A DNA stretch of 64,000 nucleotides from Perna viridis (GCA_037379345.1 CM074514.1:49042001-49106000), one strand, 5' to 3'. Shown: positions 39,553-53,265, counted from the stretch's first letter. A program made the numbers and translations. Notes: a model not told the origin generated them from the sequence alone.

Positions 39553-40134
39553 TAAAACCCAAATCTCTCTCTTCACATTTCCCAATACCTATCACTATCA
39601 CCCTTAATGTTAATATACCGCAATATATTTTACCATAGAGTTGGCAGTTCATTCTATATACGTACTGTCATGTTTGCCTCAAACTAAGCCGTAATCAGCA
39701 TATTATATACAGTTTGGACTTATTATGCTTTTTGTATCACTTTTTTTGAAACAGGTATAGAACCTACTCGGGGGAATTTCAGTGTTAATAGTACAATAAG
39801 TAGAGAATAGTACTTATAAAGTTCATTTCATTATTCCCTTTAAAGAAGTAGCTCTTATTAAGCATAAAAGCTAACCACCAATTTGTGCAAGGGATAAAGT
39901 TGAATGTAATTCGGTTTGTTATTTATTTTAGGCAAAAATTTGTAGTGAGCATTTTGTCATCTACCTCCATGGTTTCTACCAAACGAGGAAGGATATAACT
40001 TCCACTAATCAAGTTGTTTTTACTTATTTGTTTTGTTTTTTTCTTCCAGATTCCTTCTTTTTTTTCATCTCGGTGAGAGCTTAGTATAAATCATGGGGTT
40101 TAATCACCAGATAAACTACATTCAATACTTATAC

Positions 40135-40369
40135 AAGAGTAATCAAGGGAACCAAGATTATAGCAGTAATCAAACGAATGTAATCCAGGGACAAAGACCA
40201 GACATGGAAAACAGACATACACAACAAAGAACATAGAGTAACTAAAATCATACATACAAAGTAACAAAAGTAAATGAGCGACTCGGATTCCACTAAAAAC
40301 TGGGAGTATGGACCAGGTGCGCCGGTACGGTAAGCGTCCTCTGCTTTTCTAGAAACACCCGCCGAGTTG
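40135..40369 (-). mobile_element. Naiad 3' tail fragment
   Basis: AGAGTAATCAAGGGAACCAAG...GGACCAGGTGCGCCGGTACGGTAAGCGTCCTCTGCTTTTCTAGAAACACCCGCCGAGTTG. Confidence 0.9.
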
Positions 40370-41107
40370 GCATGTAGAATAGAAGAAGGAACAGATTTGG
40401 TTAACGCAACACATGCCTTATTATATAACCCCTATCAAAAAGGACATACTTGCAGACATCATTAAATGGTCGTCAATAAGTTTAAACACCTTAGAGTAAG
40501 CTCGGAATGGCTCTGACAACAAAAGTAATAGAATCCACAGTAACAAAAAGATGATACCCCTTCAACATTAATTAAAAAGTTTAAAACGACACGAAGACAC
40601 ATTTGCTGACCAACATCGCCTTTAAAGCAAAGTCATTCATTTCTAACCAAGTATCACGCTGCAAATAGAGCAGACTACGTACAGTGAATATTCTATATAC
40701 TATATAATATTTAATAGCAATTATAAAAGCTTCCACTGCAAATTTCCGACCTCTCTTTCAAAGAAATGTGCATTACGAGATAAAATAATCGGCAGTCTAT
40801 TTTATTCCATCGATACAAATTTATATTAGAAGCTGATAAAAAAAAGTGAAACGGGTAGTTGAACGTCGGTAATACAACATTAGTCGACACGACCATGAAT
40901 AGTTGAGTAGGGGCTAATAAAGTATATTATTTTTTTTTGTTTGGCAGTCGCGTGAATGAACGTCTGGATTATTTTAACACAGTATTGTTTTCATTAAATA
41001 TTAAAAAGTTGTATTATGATAAAGAGTTTTGTGCATCGTTGAAATTCAAAAACGATATAAGTGACATAGAAATGGAATGGTTATTGCCTTTGTTATGTCA
41101 TGTTTAG

Positions 41108-41180
41108 AATCAAAGGTTCTTAAATTTAGAAATTACCTCCAGGGGATCGTTCAATCAAATGCTTTTCAATCTGAGTAAAT
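41108..41180 (+). pseudogene. Decayed LRR exon
   Basis: TTTAG|A IKGS*I*KLPPG/SFNQMLFNLSK, with two stops and a frameshift in the G run. Confidence 0.5.
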
Positions 41181-42010
41181 AAGATAACCGGGGAATGACA
41201 TTAAGTCTAAGATTGAGGGAATAATGACAAAAAAAGATTACATCCTTGGCCATCTTGATCTCTTGAAACACTCTAAAAAATCTAATAAACAAATGTTTAC
41301 TTTATGTCTCAATCGAGAAATATTTTGACACAATGTATACCATTTGATTGACGGCACAGTTTCTGACAAATTGCTTTTCATGACCTAAAACATTTTCCCT
41401 TAGTTTTCAAGTTCATGCAAAAAATTATAAATGTAAAAGTTGGCCGACTTTTTCATTAAGCGTATTATTCAATTTTCAATTACATTTACGTAATAAGTAT
41501 ACAGGCAAATTTGCGTTTCGTTTACGTAATACACAAAGAATGTAATGTCTTTTACTTGAAGGCTTGTGACTGGAAAGAATTGGTTTATTTGAATAGTTAG
41601 CATCGTAGACAACATAAAATTGAAATCAGCAAAAGTAATTCAATATTAGGCAATCAACCAAATTTATTTAATTTAGGAATAAGTAAAAATAAATTCAACG
41701 CCGAAAACAATAAATCAAGTAAAGCAGATTTTTCTCCATGCTCAGTTTCTCGGCAATTATTAAATGGCCGCCGAATTTTTCAGAAGAACTAAATTAGCAG
41801 TCTTTATAAAAATCAGACAGTAGGTGATTTATGCATGTCACAAACCCATCGACTATCTTTTTTATATACATTATATACATTGTATATGCATTTCTCGCTT
41901 TGCAAGAGGTGTCCTTCTTGGTTTGGACGAATCGATAGTTATTATTTGGAGATGAATGTAAAACTAATAAATTCCATTTCTTTAAACAGAAAGGATTGTT
42001 GTTTTATTAG

Positions 42011-42076
42011 CATATATTATATATGGACCAATTTTATACACCATGAATCAGTTCTACCATTGGCAATGTCTGAATT
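42011..42076 (+). pseudogene. Candidate LRR exon (66 nt, phase 2/2); duplicate at ~47670-47735
   Basis: TTTTATTAG|C IYYIWTNFIHHESVLPLAMSE TT|GT. The duplicate has GAA>TAA. Confidence 0.45.
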
Positions 42077-42226
42077 GTGTATGGCTTGGTACTTAGAAAA
42101 TCAATCTGAACATAGCTACAATGTATAGCAAAAATGATAAAAACGGCTAAATATTATAAAGAGAAATAGACGAAAAGGCACACCATAGAAAGATCAATAT
42201 TATCTCAAAACTTGGCTGTATTTTAG

Positions 42227-42300
42227 GTTCATTTGTATCAAGTAAAATAAGAATGTTTCCTGAATATAATTGATGGAAAACATGTGGAATTGAATTCAAA
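42227..42300 (+). pseudogene. Decayed LRR exon; duplicate at ~47886-47959
   Basis: TTTTAG acceptor, 23 codons SFVSSKIRMFPEYN*WKTCGIEF in the same register as the 46035 exon. Donor decayed (GGGGAG). Confidence 0.45.
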
Positions 42301-42490
42301 GGGGAGATACGATTTGATCTATAAACACATTTGTGATATAATTTCTGACATTAGTAAATTTACATGCCCGTACACGGAGGATGCGAGCTGATTCAACTAT
42401 GATTATTAAAGTCAATATTTTGTATTGGAAGAAAATCCCTTTCCTTTTCTCGTACTTCCATGGTAAATAGTTTCTTTCTTACCATTTCAG

Positions 42491-42574
42491 TAAATTGTGT
42501 AACAAATCAACGTTAAAACATGATTGTGTGATTTCTCATTGAAGAGAGTTTTATTCGGAAACTGAACTTAACAT
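42491..42574 (+). pseudogene. 84-nt phase-2/2 exon with in-frame stop; duplicate at 48150-48233
   Basis: TTTCAG|T KLCNKSTLKHDCVISH*REFYSETELN AT|GTAAGC. The TGA is present in both duplicates. Confidence 0.5.
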
Positions 42575-43309
42575 GTAAGCCCGGTTGCTTTTGTCGTACA
42601 TGATATCTTATTCCCGATGGAAGGCCTGATGAAATACACATACGCACGCCCTAGGATATTCACAGTATAGTTCTATATTAATGTAGAAGAAAAATCATAA
42701 AAATGAAAATGACAGTGAAGAATTATTAATTAAAATTATAATTATAAAGATTATTTCAATTTCTTATTTAAATAATCTGATTTAGTCTGGTTGTCAAGGG
42801 TTATTCATTATTTCACACAATCCAATATACAATGACAAGACATTTAGAGTTATTCTTCTTGTTCATGCGTGCCTTGGGATGGAGGGTTCTACCTTAGTTT
42901 AAATAGTTTGTGAGTGCACGACTGAAGCCTTTTAATCACGTGCGCAACACGCGCATAACCCACATCGCGTGCATAATCTTTTAATACCCACCCTCCCTCC
43001 CTTTAAAGAACTTTTGATGCTGCTTTTTTTTTAAATTATTTTGCGGATTACCTGATGGATCTAGTGGTACGTAGAGAATCCTCACATGGTCTATTTCCAA
43101 ACAAATCTATTCACCCATGAGCAGAGTGTACCCACGAATTTTATGAGAATGATCCATGTGTATTCAATTAGCGTTATTTTCATGCTAATAGACAATCGAA
43201 CATTACTTTTTTGGATGAAAATTTTAATTGTCGTTAATTCCAAATTATAATTTTGGATTTTATACATGAATATGAATTTGTAAACTCTTTTTTTTAGGGG
43301 GGGGGAGTA

Positions 43310-43827
43310 TGAAGTACTTCAGGCACAAATGTTTATCACTCGGGGAATTGGGGAGAGACTTGTAAGTGATTTGGGAAAGTTTTATTACTTGCAGGTATTG
43401 GGTTAAAGGTTGAATTTGGGATTTACAGACGGGTAACACTGAAATCTCGTCCACCTCGTAACATAGAAAGGAGGCCCACTCTTGTTAACAGGAGGGTAAA
43501 CCAGGTCCTGGGGAAGGGCATCAATACGGGAGGACCCCCAATTACTTCCCGTGGCTGTGGAACTTCCAGGGATTTCACACTATGTTCACATAGGTCATTG
43601 TCGGCCAGTTGGTTAAAGGAAACCAGGAGTCTCCCCTTGTGCTTAACAAAAAATGTTTCTGTAACCAAATTATGCAAACTCTGTAGATAAGTTGTATTTC
43701 TATAAAAGGTTGTATATAAATGTTATGTTACATTAGTCGTTCTTATTAACGGATGTATTAGAAGAATATCTGAAGTATATGAATCATCAGTGGCAGCAAT
43801 TTAAGATGAACTAAGTTAACAACTTCA
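43310..43827 (+). mobile_element. LTR-like segment (~518 bp) preceded by polypurine tract; duplicate at 48977-49493
   Basis: AGGGGGGGGGAG (43296-43307), then TA, then TGAAGT...ACTTCA terminal inverted repeat. GC-rich U3-like body and TATATAAA at ~43713. No TSD and no internal gag/pol. Confidence 0.55.
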
Positions 43828-44891
43828 AATCATGTATTCCCTGCGATTTCGTTAAACCGTCGTGTGCCACAATCCAAAAGTACCAATGATAAACTCGAAA
43901 ATTTCTGGTAAAACAAGAACAAATACCTGCTATCTTCGTGATTACAGTACATATTGTGCAGCTCACTTCAGGGTATACTAAGTAACATACTGTCAAGCTA
44001 CCAGGGTCATCCTGTCTGTCTGTCCACGTAAAATCCAGTTTGAGCATATCATAAATAATAAACATGGCATAAAATACCAATAATATCGATATTCAAAATA
44101 TCTTCAAGTATAAAACTACTCTAATCAGCAGCCTTAGAAACAGATATTCAGGCATTTCAAGATACAAAAGATGCATAAACAAGAACTATACCGAAAACAA
44201 GAAATATCGCAATAAGAAGAAAAATGACACAAAAATGGGTTCAAATAGTCAAAACGTTTGTTCCTTAATCCATGAAATAACATAATAAAACAAATTATGA
44301 AGCAATATCAGTTACATAAGCAAAATGGTTTAGGAAATATACAATTACACATAGAAAACAAAGAACGGTAACTCGAATTTCTCCAAGATGCTAAATACTT
44401 ATACTATAGACTTTTGTATGACACGTCCATCGATAGAAGTCCGATACTAGTAGTTTCGAAAGTTGAAAAATGAAACTGAAGTGATATGTTTAACCTGAAA
44501 AAAAGTTTGAAAATTATTTTCGTAGGTATTTGACGGTATGTTTTTATCCCCACCATGAGAATAGAAATTCCGCCAGTTATTGCTCCTAAATATTATCGAG
44601 ATCACTTTAAATATTGCAAGAAAAAAAAAGAAATATTCCATTGAAAATTTTGAAAAAAAGACATGATTGGCTGTCTATTTTATTTTGTTCGTCAGCATTT
44701 CAACACACAATAAAAATGGATGCGCTGGTGTTGTTTTTCAACAGTATTTTATTGGTGATATGCGGTCCCTGACAGTAAATAACACTTTGGTAGTTTATAA
44801 TTTGTAAGTAAATATTAAAAATAACTACATTAACCTGTAAATTATAGAAAAAAAAACAATTATGGTTGATTTATTTTTATTTTGCTTACCA

Positions 44892-45004
44892 AATCAGTGA
44901 ACACAAATATGGAACATTATAAACGTTCATAGACGAATCTGTGTACAAAAGTTTGGAACCTTATAAACGTTTACTACCGAATCCGTGAACAAAAGTTCAG
45001 AACA
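44892..45004. repeat. 44-bp tandem repeat, ~2.6 units (also ~50558-50670)
   Basis: AATC.GTG.ACA.AA.T.TGGAAC.TTATAAACGTT.A..A.CG starting at 44892, 44936 and 44980. Confidence 0.8.
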
Positions 45005-45759
45005 GTTTACAAGATTACCTGCATTTGTCCAAAATTTGAGTTTGCATACTCTAAACAATTTAGTATCAAATTTTCAAGAAAGACGGTGGTTTTGACAGTT
45101 TAAAGTTTCATGCGATGAATTTCACACATCTTCTCATTTGAAAATTATTGCACTATTTTTTACAAATGTTTTGAAGAAGGTTTTCAGTGATATTTATCTT
45201 TTAATGAATCAAGCACCTTTTTGTAAGTCAGACACACAGAAAACTAAAACATACTTGTGTATGAAAGCAGATTTATGGGCCGAAATTAACGAATATGAAA
45301 GTAAAACATGAAAGTAAAAGATGACCTTTAATCGGCTTATCGTACACCAAATACAATGTTTCTTTTTTATGTTCTGCTGAGTTGAATGTCAAACGCAATT
45401 AGTCAGAAAATCAAGCTCGGAAGAGTGTCTGTGTTAATATGTTTTCTCTTAAAGCGACTTCAATTCAAACAAGCTAACTTTTAGTGATGACCTATTTGGC
45501 AGTTTTGCGGACAATTTCTTGTCGTTTCATAAAGACTATGGACACTTGGTACTGTAAGTCTTTTTTTATATTTGAAAATGATATCAGTCAGTCAAATTTT
45601 TAATATGATCTTGTTCAATATCAACTGTAAATAAACAACATTCTAATAGGAGTCAAAATATAACAGTTTATAGATAATTTTTTTCAAACGATAGTTGCAA
45701 TTACAATTGCAATTTTTTTTTTCATTTTGAAAAAAAATTATCTTAACGGTAAATAGGAG

Positions 45760-45958
45760 GGGAGTAATCAAGGGAACCAAGGTTATAGCGGTAATCAAAA
45801 GAATGTATTCCAGGGACAAAGACCCAGATATGGAAAACAGACATACACAACAAAGAACATAAAGTAACTAAAATCATACATACAAAGTAACAAAAGTAAA
45901 TGAGCAACTCGGACTCCACCAAAAACTAGGAGCATGGACCAGGTGCACCGGTAGGGTA
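45760..45958 (-). mobile_element. Naiad 3' tail fragment (duplicate ~51416-51614)
   Basis: GAGTAATCAAGGGAACCAAGG...GGACCAGGTGCACCGGTAGGGTA. Confidence 0.9.
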
Positions 45959-46034
45959 TATGCCCATCACGTCCATTTTAATCAGATTAACTTGCAGGAG
46001 TGTGCATCATTACAATAATACATATTCATTTTAG

Positions 46035-46106
46035 GTTTATGAGTAGGAATCCATTTAAGTCATTTCCAAAACAGATTGGAGACATATTAACAGGAATCAT
46101 ATACCT
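46035..46106 (+). pseudogene. Open 72-nt LRR exon (phase 2/2); identical duplicate at 51691-51762
   Basis: TTTTAG|G FMSRNPFKSFPKQIGDILTGIIY CT|GTATGT: canonical 24-aa LRR exon length, with the intron in the Leu codon. Confidence 0.75.
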
Positions 46107-46841
46107 GTATGTACAGTAAGATAGGTATAATTAAATCGGCAGAGAACACTTGTAAACACAAAACCATTTAGTTATTACCTCGGGCGAAATAAAACTATTA
46201 TTACCCTCAAATCCAGTCAATAAGTGTATGCTATTTTCAGTTCAAAACACATCAAATTCGTTTTCTTAGTTTTTCATTTGGTTTTTACACTTTTGAGATG
46301 GAATTTATTTAGATTGTATATAAAATTGGCACTCTGCAAGAGTTTTCATAATTGAATCAGTTCGATTTGTTTGATTTTAGTGGGAAATGAAAGTATAGTA
46401 TTTCCAAAATGCAGATGTATATGAAGGAAGGACTATCAATGTGTATAATATAGCATAAGTAGACCGATAAAGGTTCGCTTTTTCGTTGGGTCACTCGGTA
46501 GGTTTTTTTCGCACCATAAGTAACCTCTGACATAAAAATTAATATGGACAAGAACTTAAAAAGACAAAATTGCAGAGACTAAAAAGAACTATTACTAGTC
46601 CTGATTTCATTTAAAAGCTTATAAACTAGTTTAACCCTATCGCAGATTTAATTTGCCTATTCAACAATCGGGTGGTTATGTCATTTATTATGTTTTTGTT
46701 TGTTATGAAGAGTTATCACCTTCTATTACAATGAATATTATCTCTTGCGTTTTCGTTGTCGGGGATTTTCAACGCTTACTTTAAGGAGAGTTAACACTTG
46801 TTGACGACCTTTAGGTGATCTCTCCAAGTAATAACTATCCG

Positions 46842-47035
46842 TACCCTACCGGTGCACCTGGTCCATGTTCCCAGTTTTTAGTGGAGTCCGAGTTGCTAAT
46901 TTACTTTTGTTACTTTGTATGTACTATTTTAGTTACTGTATGTTCTTTGTTGTTTTTTTCTGTTTTCTTTGTCTGGTCTTTGTCCCTGGATTACATTCCT
47001 TTAATTTCTACTAGAATATTGGTTCCCTTGATTAT
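46842..47035 (+). mobile_element. Naiad 3' tail fragment (duplicate ~52498-52691)
   Basis: TACCCTACCGGTGCACCTGGTCCATG...TTGGTTCCCTTGATTA. Confidence 0.9.
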
Positions 47036-50000
47036 TCGTTATACGCTGACTAATTTTCATTTGTTACGTTTCAGTTGGCATTTTTCAAAATCGCTGCTTT
47101 CGTTTTTCGAAAACAAACTGCATGAGAATAGACTTCGAAATTTTGGAAAGTTTTTGTTGATTCATTTTAATGCTGGCATCTTGATATTGAGACTTTTCTT
47201 ACCAATTTTTAAGCTTATTTACTATATGTTTGTCGCTTTGGTGTGGACGAGTAATGATTTGATTCAGTCGTTAGCATACTGTAACTCTCTAGTTATCATA
47301 CACTGTATTTCCTTTGCGGATTTCCATTTGTGTGTATACGTGCTTCAGACACTTACATCTGCGAAAAAGAACAAAAAACAGAAAACTATTTCAATTCAAG
47401 GATAACGTAATGACTAGCATCAAGCATCTCAAAAAGTTGCGAACAAATAGCATTAAAAAAGCATATAAAAATCAGACAGGAGGTGATTTATGCATGTCAC
47501 AAACCCATCGACTATCTTTTTTATATACATTATATACATTGTATATGCATTTCTCGCTTTGCAAGAGGTGTCCTTCTTGGTTTGGACGAATCGATAGTTA
47601 TTAGTTGGAGATGAATGTAAAACTAATAAATTCCATTTCTTTAAACAGAAAGGATTGTTGTTTTATTAGCATATATTATATATGGACCAATTTTATACAC
47701 CATGAATCAGTTCTACCATTGGCAATGTCTTAATTGTGTATGGCTTGGTACTTAGAAAATCAATCTGAACATAGATACAATGTATAGCAAAAATGATAAA
47801 AACGGCTAAATATTATAAAGAGAAATAGACGAAAAGGTATACCATAGAAAGATCAATATTATCTCAAAACTTGGCCGTATTTTAGGTTCATTTGTATCAA
47901 GTAAAATAAGAATGTTTCCTGAATGTAATTGATGGAAAACATGTGGAATTGAATTCAAAGGGGAGATACGATTTGATCTATAAACACATTTGTGATATAA
48001 TTTCTGACATTAGTAAATTTACATGACCGTACACGGAGGATGCGAGCTGATTCAACTATGATTATTAAAGTCAATATTTTGTTTTGGAAGAAAATCCCTT
48101 TCCTTTTCTCGTACTTCCATGGTAAATAGTTTCGTTCTTACCATTTCAGTAAATTGTGTAACAAATCAACTTTAAAACATGATTGTGCGATTTCTCATTG
48201 AAGAGAGTTTTATTCGGAAACTGAACTTAACATGTAAGCCCGGTTGCTTTTCTCGTACATGATATCTTATTCCCGATGGAAGGCCTGATGAAATACACAT
48301 ACGCACGCCCTAGGATATTCACAGTATAGTTCTATATTAATGTAGAAGAAAAATCATAAAAATGAAAATGACAGTGAAGAATTATTAATTAAAATTATAA
48401 TTATAAAGATTATTTCAATTTCTTATTTAAATAATCTGATTTAGTCTGGTTGTCAAGGGTTATTCATTATTTCACACAATCCAATATACAATGACAAGAC
48501 ATTTAGAGTTATTCTTCTTGTTCATGCGTGCCTTGGGATGGAGGGCTCTACCTTAGTTTAAATAGTTTGTGAGTGCACGACTGAAGCCTTTTAATCACGT
48601 GCGCAACACGCGCATAACCCACATCGCGTCCATAATCTTTTAATACCCACCCTCCCTCCCTTTAAAGAACTTTTGATGCTGCTTTTTTTTTAAATTATTT
48701 TGCGGATTACCTGATGGATCTAGTGGTACGTAGAGAATCCTCACATGGTCTATTTCCAAACAAATCTATTCACCCATGAGCAGAGTGTACCCACGAATTT
48801 TATGAGAATGATCCATGTGTATTCAATTAGCGTTATTTTCATCCTAATAGACAATCGAACATTACTTTTTTTGGATGAAAATTTTAATCATCGTTAATTC
48901 CAAATTATGATTTTGGATTTTATACATGAATATCAATTTTTAAACTCTTTTCTTTTTTTTTGGGGGGGGGGGAGTATAAAGTACTTTAGGCACAGATGTT
49001 TATCACTCGGGGAATTGGGGGAGACTTGTAAGTGATTTGGGAAAGTTTTATTACTTGCAGGTATTGGGTTAAAGGTTGAATTTGGGATTTACAGACGGGT
49101 AACACTGAAATCTCCTCCACTTCGTAACATAGAAAGGAGGCCCACGCTTGTTAACAGGAGGGTAAACCAGGTTCTGGGGAAGGGCATCAATACGGGAGGA
49201 CCCCCAATTACTTCCCGTGGCTGTGGAACTTCCAGGGATTTCACACTATGTTCACATAGGTCATTGTCGGCCAGTTGGTTAAAGGAAACCAGGAGTCTCC
49301 CCTTGTGCTTAACAAAAAATGTTTCTGTAACCAAATTATGCAAACTCTGTAGATAAGTTGTATTTCTATAAAAGGTTGTATATAAATGTTATGTTACATT
49401 AGTCGTTCTTATTAACGGATGTATTAGAAGAATATCTGAAGTATATGAATCATCAGTGGCAGCAATTTAAGATGAACTAAGTTAACAACTTCAAATCATG
49501 TATTCCCTGCGATTTCGTTAAACCGTCGTGTGCCACAATCCAAAAGTAACAATGGTAAACTCGAGAATTTCTGGTAAAACAAGAACAAAATATCTGCTAT
49601 CTTCGTGATTACAGTACATATTGTGCAGCTCACTTCAGGGTATACTAAGTAACACACTGTCAAGCTACCAGGGACTTCCTGTTTGTCTGTCCACGTAAAA
49701 TCCAGTTTGAGCATATCATAAATAATAAACGTGGCATAAAATACCAATAATATCGATATTCAAAATATCTTCAAGTATAAAACTACTCTAATCAGCAGCC
49801 TTAGAAACAGATATTCAGGCAGTTCAAGATACAAAAGATGCATAAACAAGAACTATACCGAAAACAAGAAATATCGCAATAAGACGAAAAATGACACAAA
49901 AATGGGTTCAACTGGTCAAAACGTTTGTTCCTTAATCCATGAAATAACATAATAAGTCAAATTATGAAGCAATATCAGTTACATAAGCAAAATGGTTTAG

Positions 50001-53000
50001 GAAATATACAATTACACATAGAAAACAAAGAACGGTAACTCAAATTTCTCCAAGATGCTGAATACTTATACTATAGACTCCTGTATGACACGTCCATCGA
50101 TAGAAGTCCGATACTAGTATTTTCGAAAGTTAAAAAATGAAACGGAAGTGATATGTTTAACCTGAAAAAAAGCTTGAAAATTCTTTTCGTAGGTATTTGG
50201 CGGTATGTTTTTATCCCCACCATGAGAATAGAAATTCCGCCAGTTATTGTTCCTAAATATTATTGAGATCACTTTAAATATTCCAAGAAAAAAAAAGAAA
50301 TATTCCATTGAAAATTTTGAAAAAAAGACATGATTGGCTGTCTATTTTATTTTGTACATCAGCATTTCACCACACACATAAAAATGGATGCACTGGTGTT
50401 GTTTTTCAATAGTATTTTATTGGTGATATGCGGTCCCTGACGGTAAATAACACTTTGTAGTTTATAATCTGTAAGTAAATATTAAAAATAACTACATTAA
50501 CCTGTAAATTATAAAAAAAAAACAATTATGGTTAATTTATTTTTATTTTGCTGACCAAATCAGTGAACACAAATATGGAACATTATAAACGTTCATAGAC
50601 GAAACCGTGTACAAAAATTTGAAAACTTTTAAACGTTTACTACCGAATCCGTGAACAAAAGTTCAGAACAGTTTACACGATTACCTGCATTTGTCCAAAA
50701 TTTGAGTTTGCATATTCTAAACAATTTTCAAGAAAGACGGTGGCTTTGACAATTTAAAGTTTCATGCGATGAATTTCACACATCCTCTCATTTGAAAATT
50801 TTGCACTATTTTTTACAAATGTTTTGAAGAAGGTTTTCAGTGATATTTATCTTTTAATGAATCAAGCACCTTTTTGTAAGTCAGACACACATAAAACTAA
50901 AACATACTTGTGTATGAACGCAGATTTATGGGCCGAAATTAACGAATATGAAAGTAAAACATGAAAGTAAAAGATGACCTTTAATCGGCTTATCGTACGC
51001 CAAATACAAAGTTTCTTTTTTATGTTCTGCTGAGTTGAATGTCAAACGTAATTAGTCAGAAAATCAAGCTCGGAGGAGTGTCTGTGTTAATACGTTTTCT
51101 TTTAAAGCGACTTCAATTCAAACAAGCTAACTTTTAGTGATGACCTATTTGGCAGTTTTTTCGGACAATTTCTTGTCGTTTCATAAAGACTATGGACACT
51201 CGGTACTGTAAGTCTTTTTTTTATATTTGAAAATGATATCAGTCAGTCAAATTTTTAATATGATCTTGTTCAATATCAACTGTAAATAAACAACATTCTA
51301 ATAGGAGTCAAAATATAACAGTTTATAGATAATTTTTTTTCAAACGATAGTTGCAATTACAATTGCAATTTTTTTTTTCATTTTGAAAAAAAATTATCTT
51401 AACGGTAAATAGGAGGGGAGTAATCAAGGGAACCAAGGTTATAGCGGTAATCAAAAGAATGTATTCCAGGGACAAAGACCCAGATATGGAAAACAGACAT
51501 ACACAACAAAGAACATAAAGTAACTAAAATCATACATACAAAGTAACAAAAGTAAATGAGCAACTCGGACTCCACCAAAAACTAGGAGCATGGACCAGGT
51601 GCACCGGTAGGGTATATGCCCATCACGTCCATTTTAATCAGATTAACTTGCAGGAGTGTGCATCATTACAATAATACATATTCATTTTAGGTTTATGAGT
51701 AGGAATCCATTTAAGTCATTTCCAAAACAGATTGGAGACATATTAACAGGAATCATATACCTGTATGTACAGTAAGATAGGTATAATTAAATCGGCAGAG
51801 AACACTTGTAAACACAAAACCATTTAGTTATTACCTCGGGCGAAATAAAACTATTATTACCCTCAAATCCAGTCAATAAGTGTATGCTATTTTCAGTTCA
51901 AAACACATCAAATTCGTTTTCTTAGTTTTTCATTTGGTTTTTACACTTTTGAGATGGAATTTATTTAGATTGTATATAAAATTGGCACTCTGCAAGAGTT
52001 TTCATAATTGAATCAGTTCGATTTGTTTGATTTTAGTGGGAAATGAAAGTATAGTATTTCCAAAATGCAGATGTATATGAAGGAAGGACTATCAATGTGT
52101 ATAATATAGCATAAGTAGACCGATAAAGGTTCGCTTTTTCGTTGGGTCACTCGGTAGGTTTTTTTCGCACCATAAGTAACCTCTGACATAAAAATTAATA
52201 TGGACAAGAACTTAAAAAGACAAAATTGCAGAGACTAAAAAGAACTATTACTAGTCCTGATTTCATTTAAAAGCTTATAAACTAGTTTAACCCTATCGCA
52301 GATTTAATTTGCCTATTCAACAATCGGGTGGTTATGTCATTTATTATGTTTTTGTTTGTTATGAAGAGTTATCACCTTCTATTACAATGAATATTATCTC
52401 TTGCGTTTTCGTTGTCGGGGATTTTCAACGCTTACTTTAAGGAGAGTTAACACTTGTTGACGACCTTTAGGTGATCTCTCCAAGTAATAACTATCCGTAC
52501 CCTACCGGTGCACCTGGTCCATGTTCCCAGTTTTTAGTGGAGTCCGAGTTGCTAATTTACTTTTGTTACTTTGTATGTACTATTTTAGTTACTGTATGTT
52601 CTTTGTTGTTTTTTTCTGTTTTCTTTGTCTGGTCTTTGTCCCTGGATTACATTCCTTTAATTTCTACTAGAATATTGGTTCCCTTGATTATTCGTTATAC
52701 GCTGACTAATTTTCATTTGTTACGTTTCAGTTGGCATTTTTCAAAATCGCTGCTTTCGTTTTTCGAAAACAAACTGCATGAGAATAGACTTCGAAATTTT
52801 GGAAAGTTTTTGTTGATTCATTTTAATGCTGGCATCTTGATATTGAGACTTTTCTTACCAATTTTTAAGCTTATTTACTATATGTTTGTCGCTTTGGTGT
52901 GGACGAGTAATGATTTGATTCAGTCGTTAGCATACTGTAACTCTCTAGTTATCATACACTGTATTTCCTTTGCGGATTTCCATTTGTGTGTATACGTGCT

Positions 53001-53193
53001 TCAGACACTTACATCTGCGAAAAAGAACAAAAAACAGAAAACTATTTCAATTCAAGGATAACGTAATGACTAGCATCAAGCATCTCAAAAAGTTGCGAAC
53101 AAATAGCATTAGTGTCCTTAACACTTATTTTGTTGCCGTTTAGTATGTATACAATTATAAATTGGTTTCAATGTTAATATTTAATATTCACAG

Positions 53194-53265
53194 AGAACTA
53201 TCAGATTGTGACTTAACGGAATTACAGGAAGGTACATTTGCTAATATGGTGCACCTTCAATGAAT
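53194..53265 (+). pseudogene. 72-nt LRR exon with premature TGA
   Basis: TTCACAG|A ELSDCDLTELQEGTFANMVHLQ* AT|GTGAGT, with TGA at 53261-53263. Confidence 0.8.

Larger units (their letters stand above)
41805..53111 (+). repeat. Tandem segmental duplication, unit ~5.65 kb (41805-47455 and 47464-53111) with 8-nt junction filler
   Basis: Colinear copies with offset 5656-5667. Identical ORFs at 46357/52013 and 46815/52471. Junction reads ...AAATAGCATTA-AAAAAGCA-TATAAAAATCAGACAG. Confidence 0.97.

Noticed and set aside
46815-47405. Longest ORF (196 aa), present twice
   Set aside because: It begins in a Naiad non-coding tail and runs through T-rich intron sequence. Its recurrence is due only to the tandem duplication.
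43310-49493. Full LTR retrotransposon bounded by the two LTR-like copies
   Set aside because: Homology extends 1.5 kb upstream and 3.6 kb downstream of the LTRs, and the interior has no gag/pol or PBS. Both copies come from the tandem duplication.
53261-53263. Recoded TGA (Sec/readthrough) in LRR exon
   Set aside because: Neighbouring exons have TAA/TAG stops and frameshifts, so simple pseudogenisation explains it.
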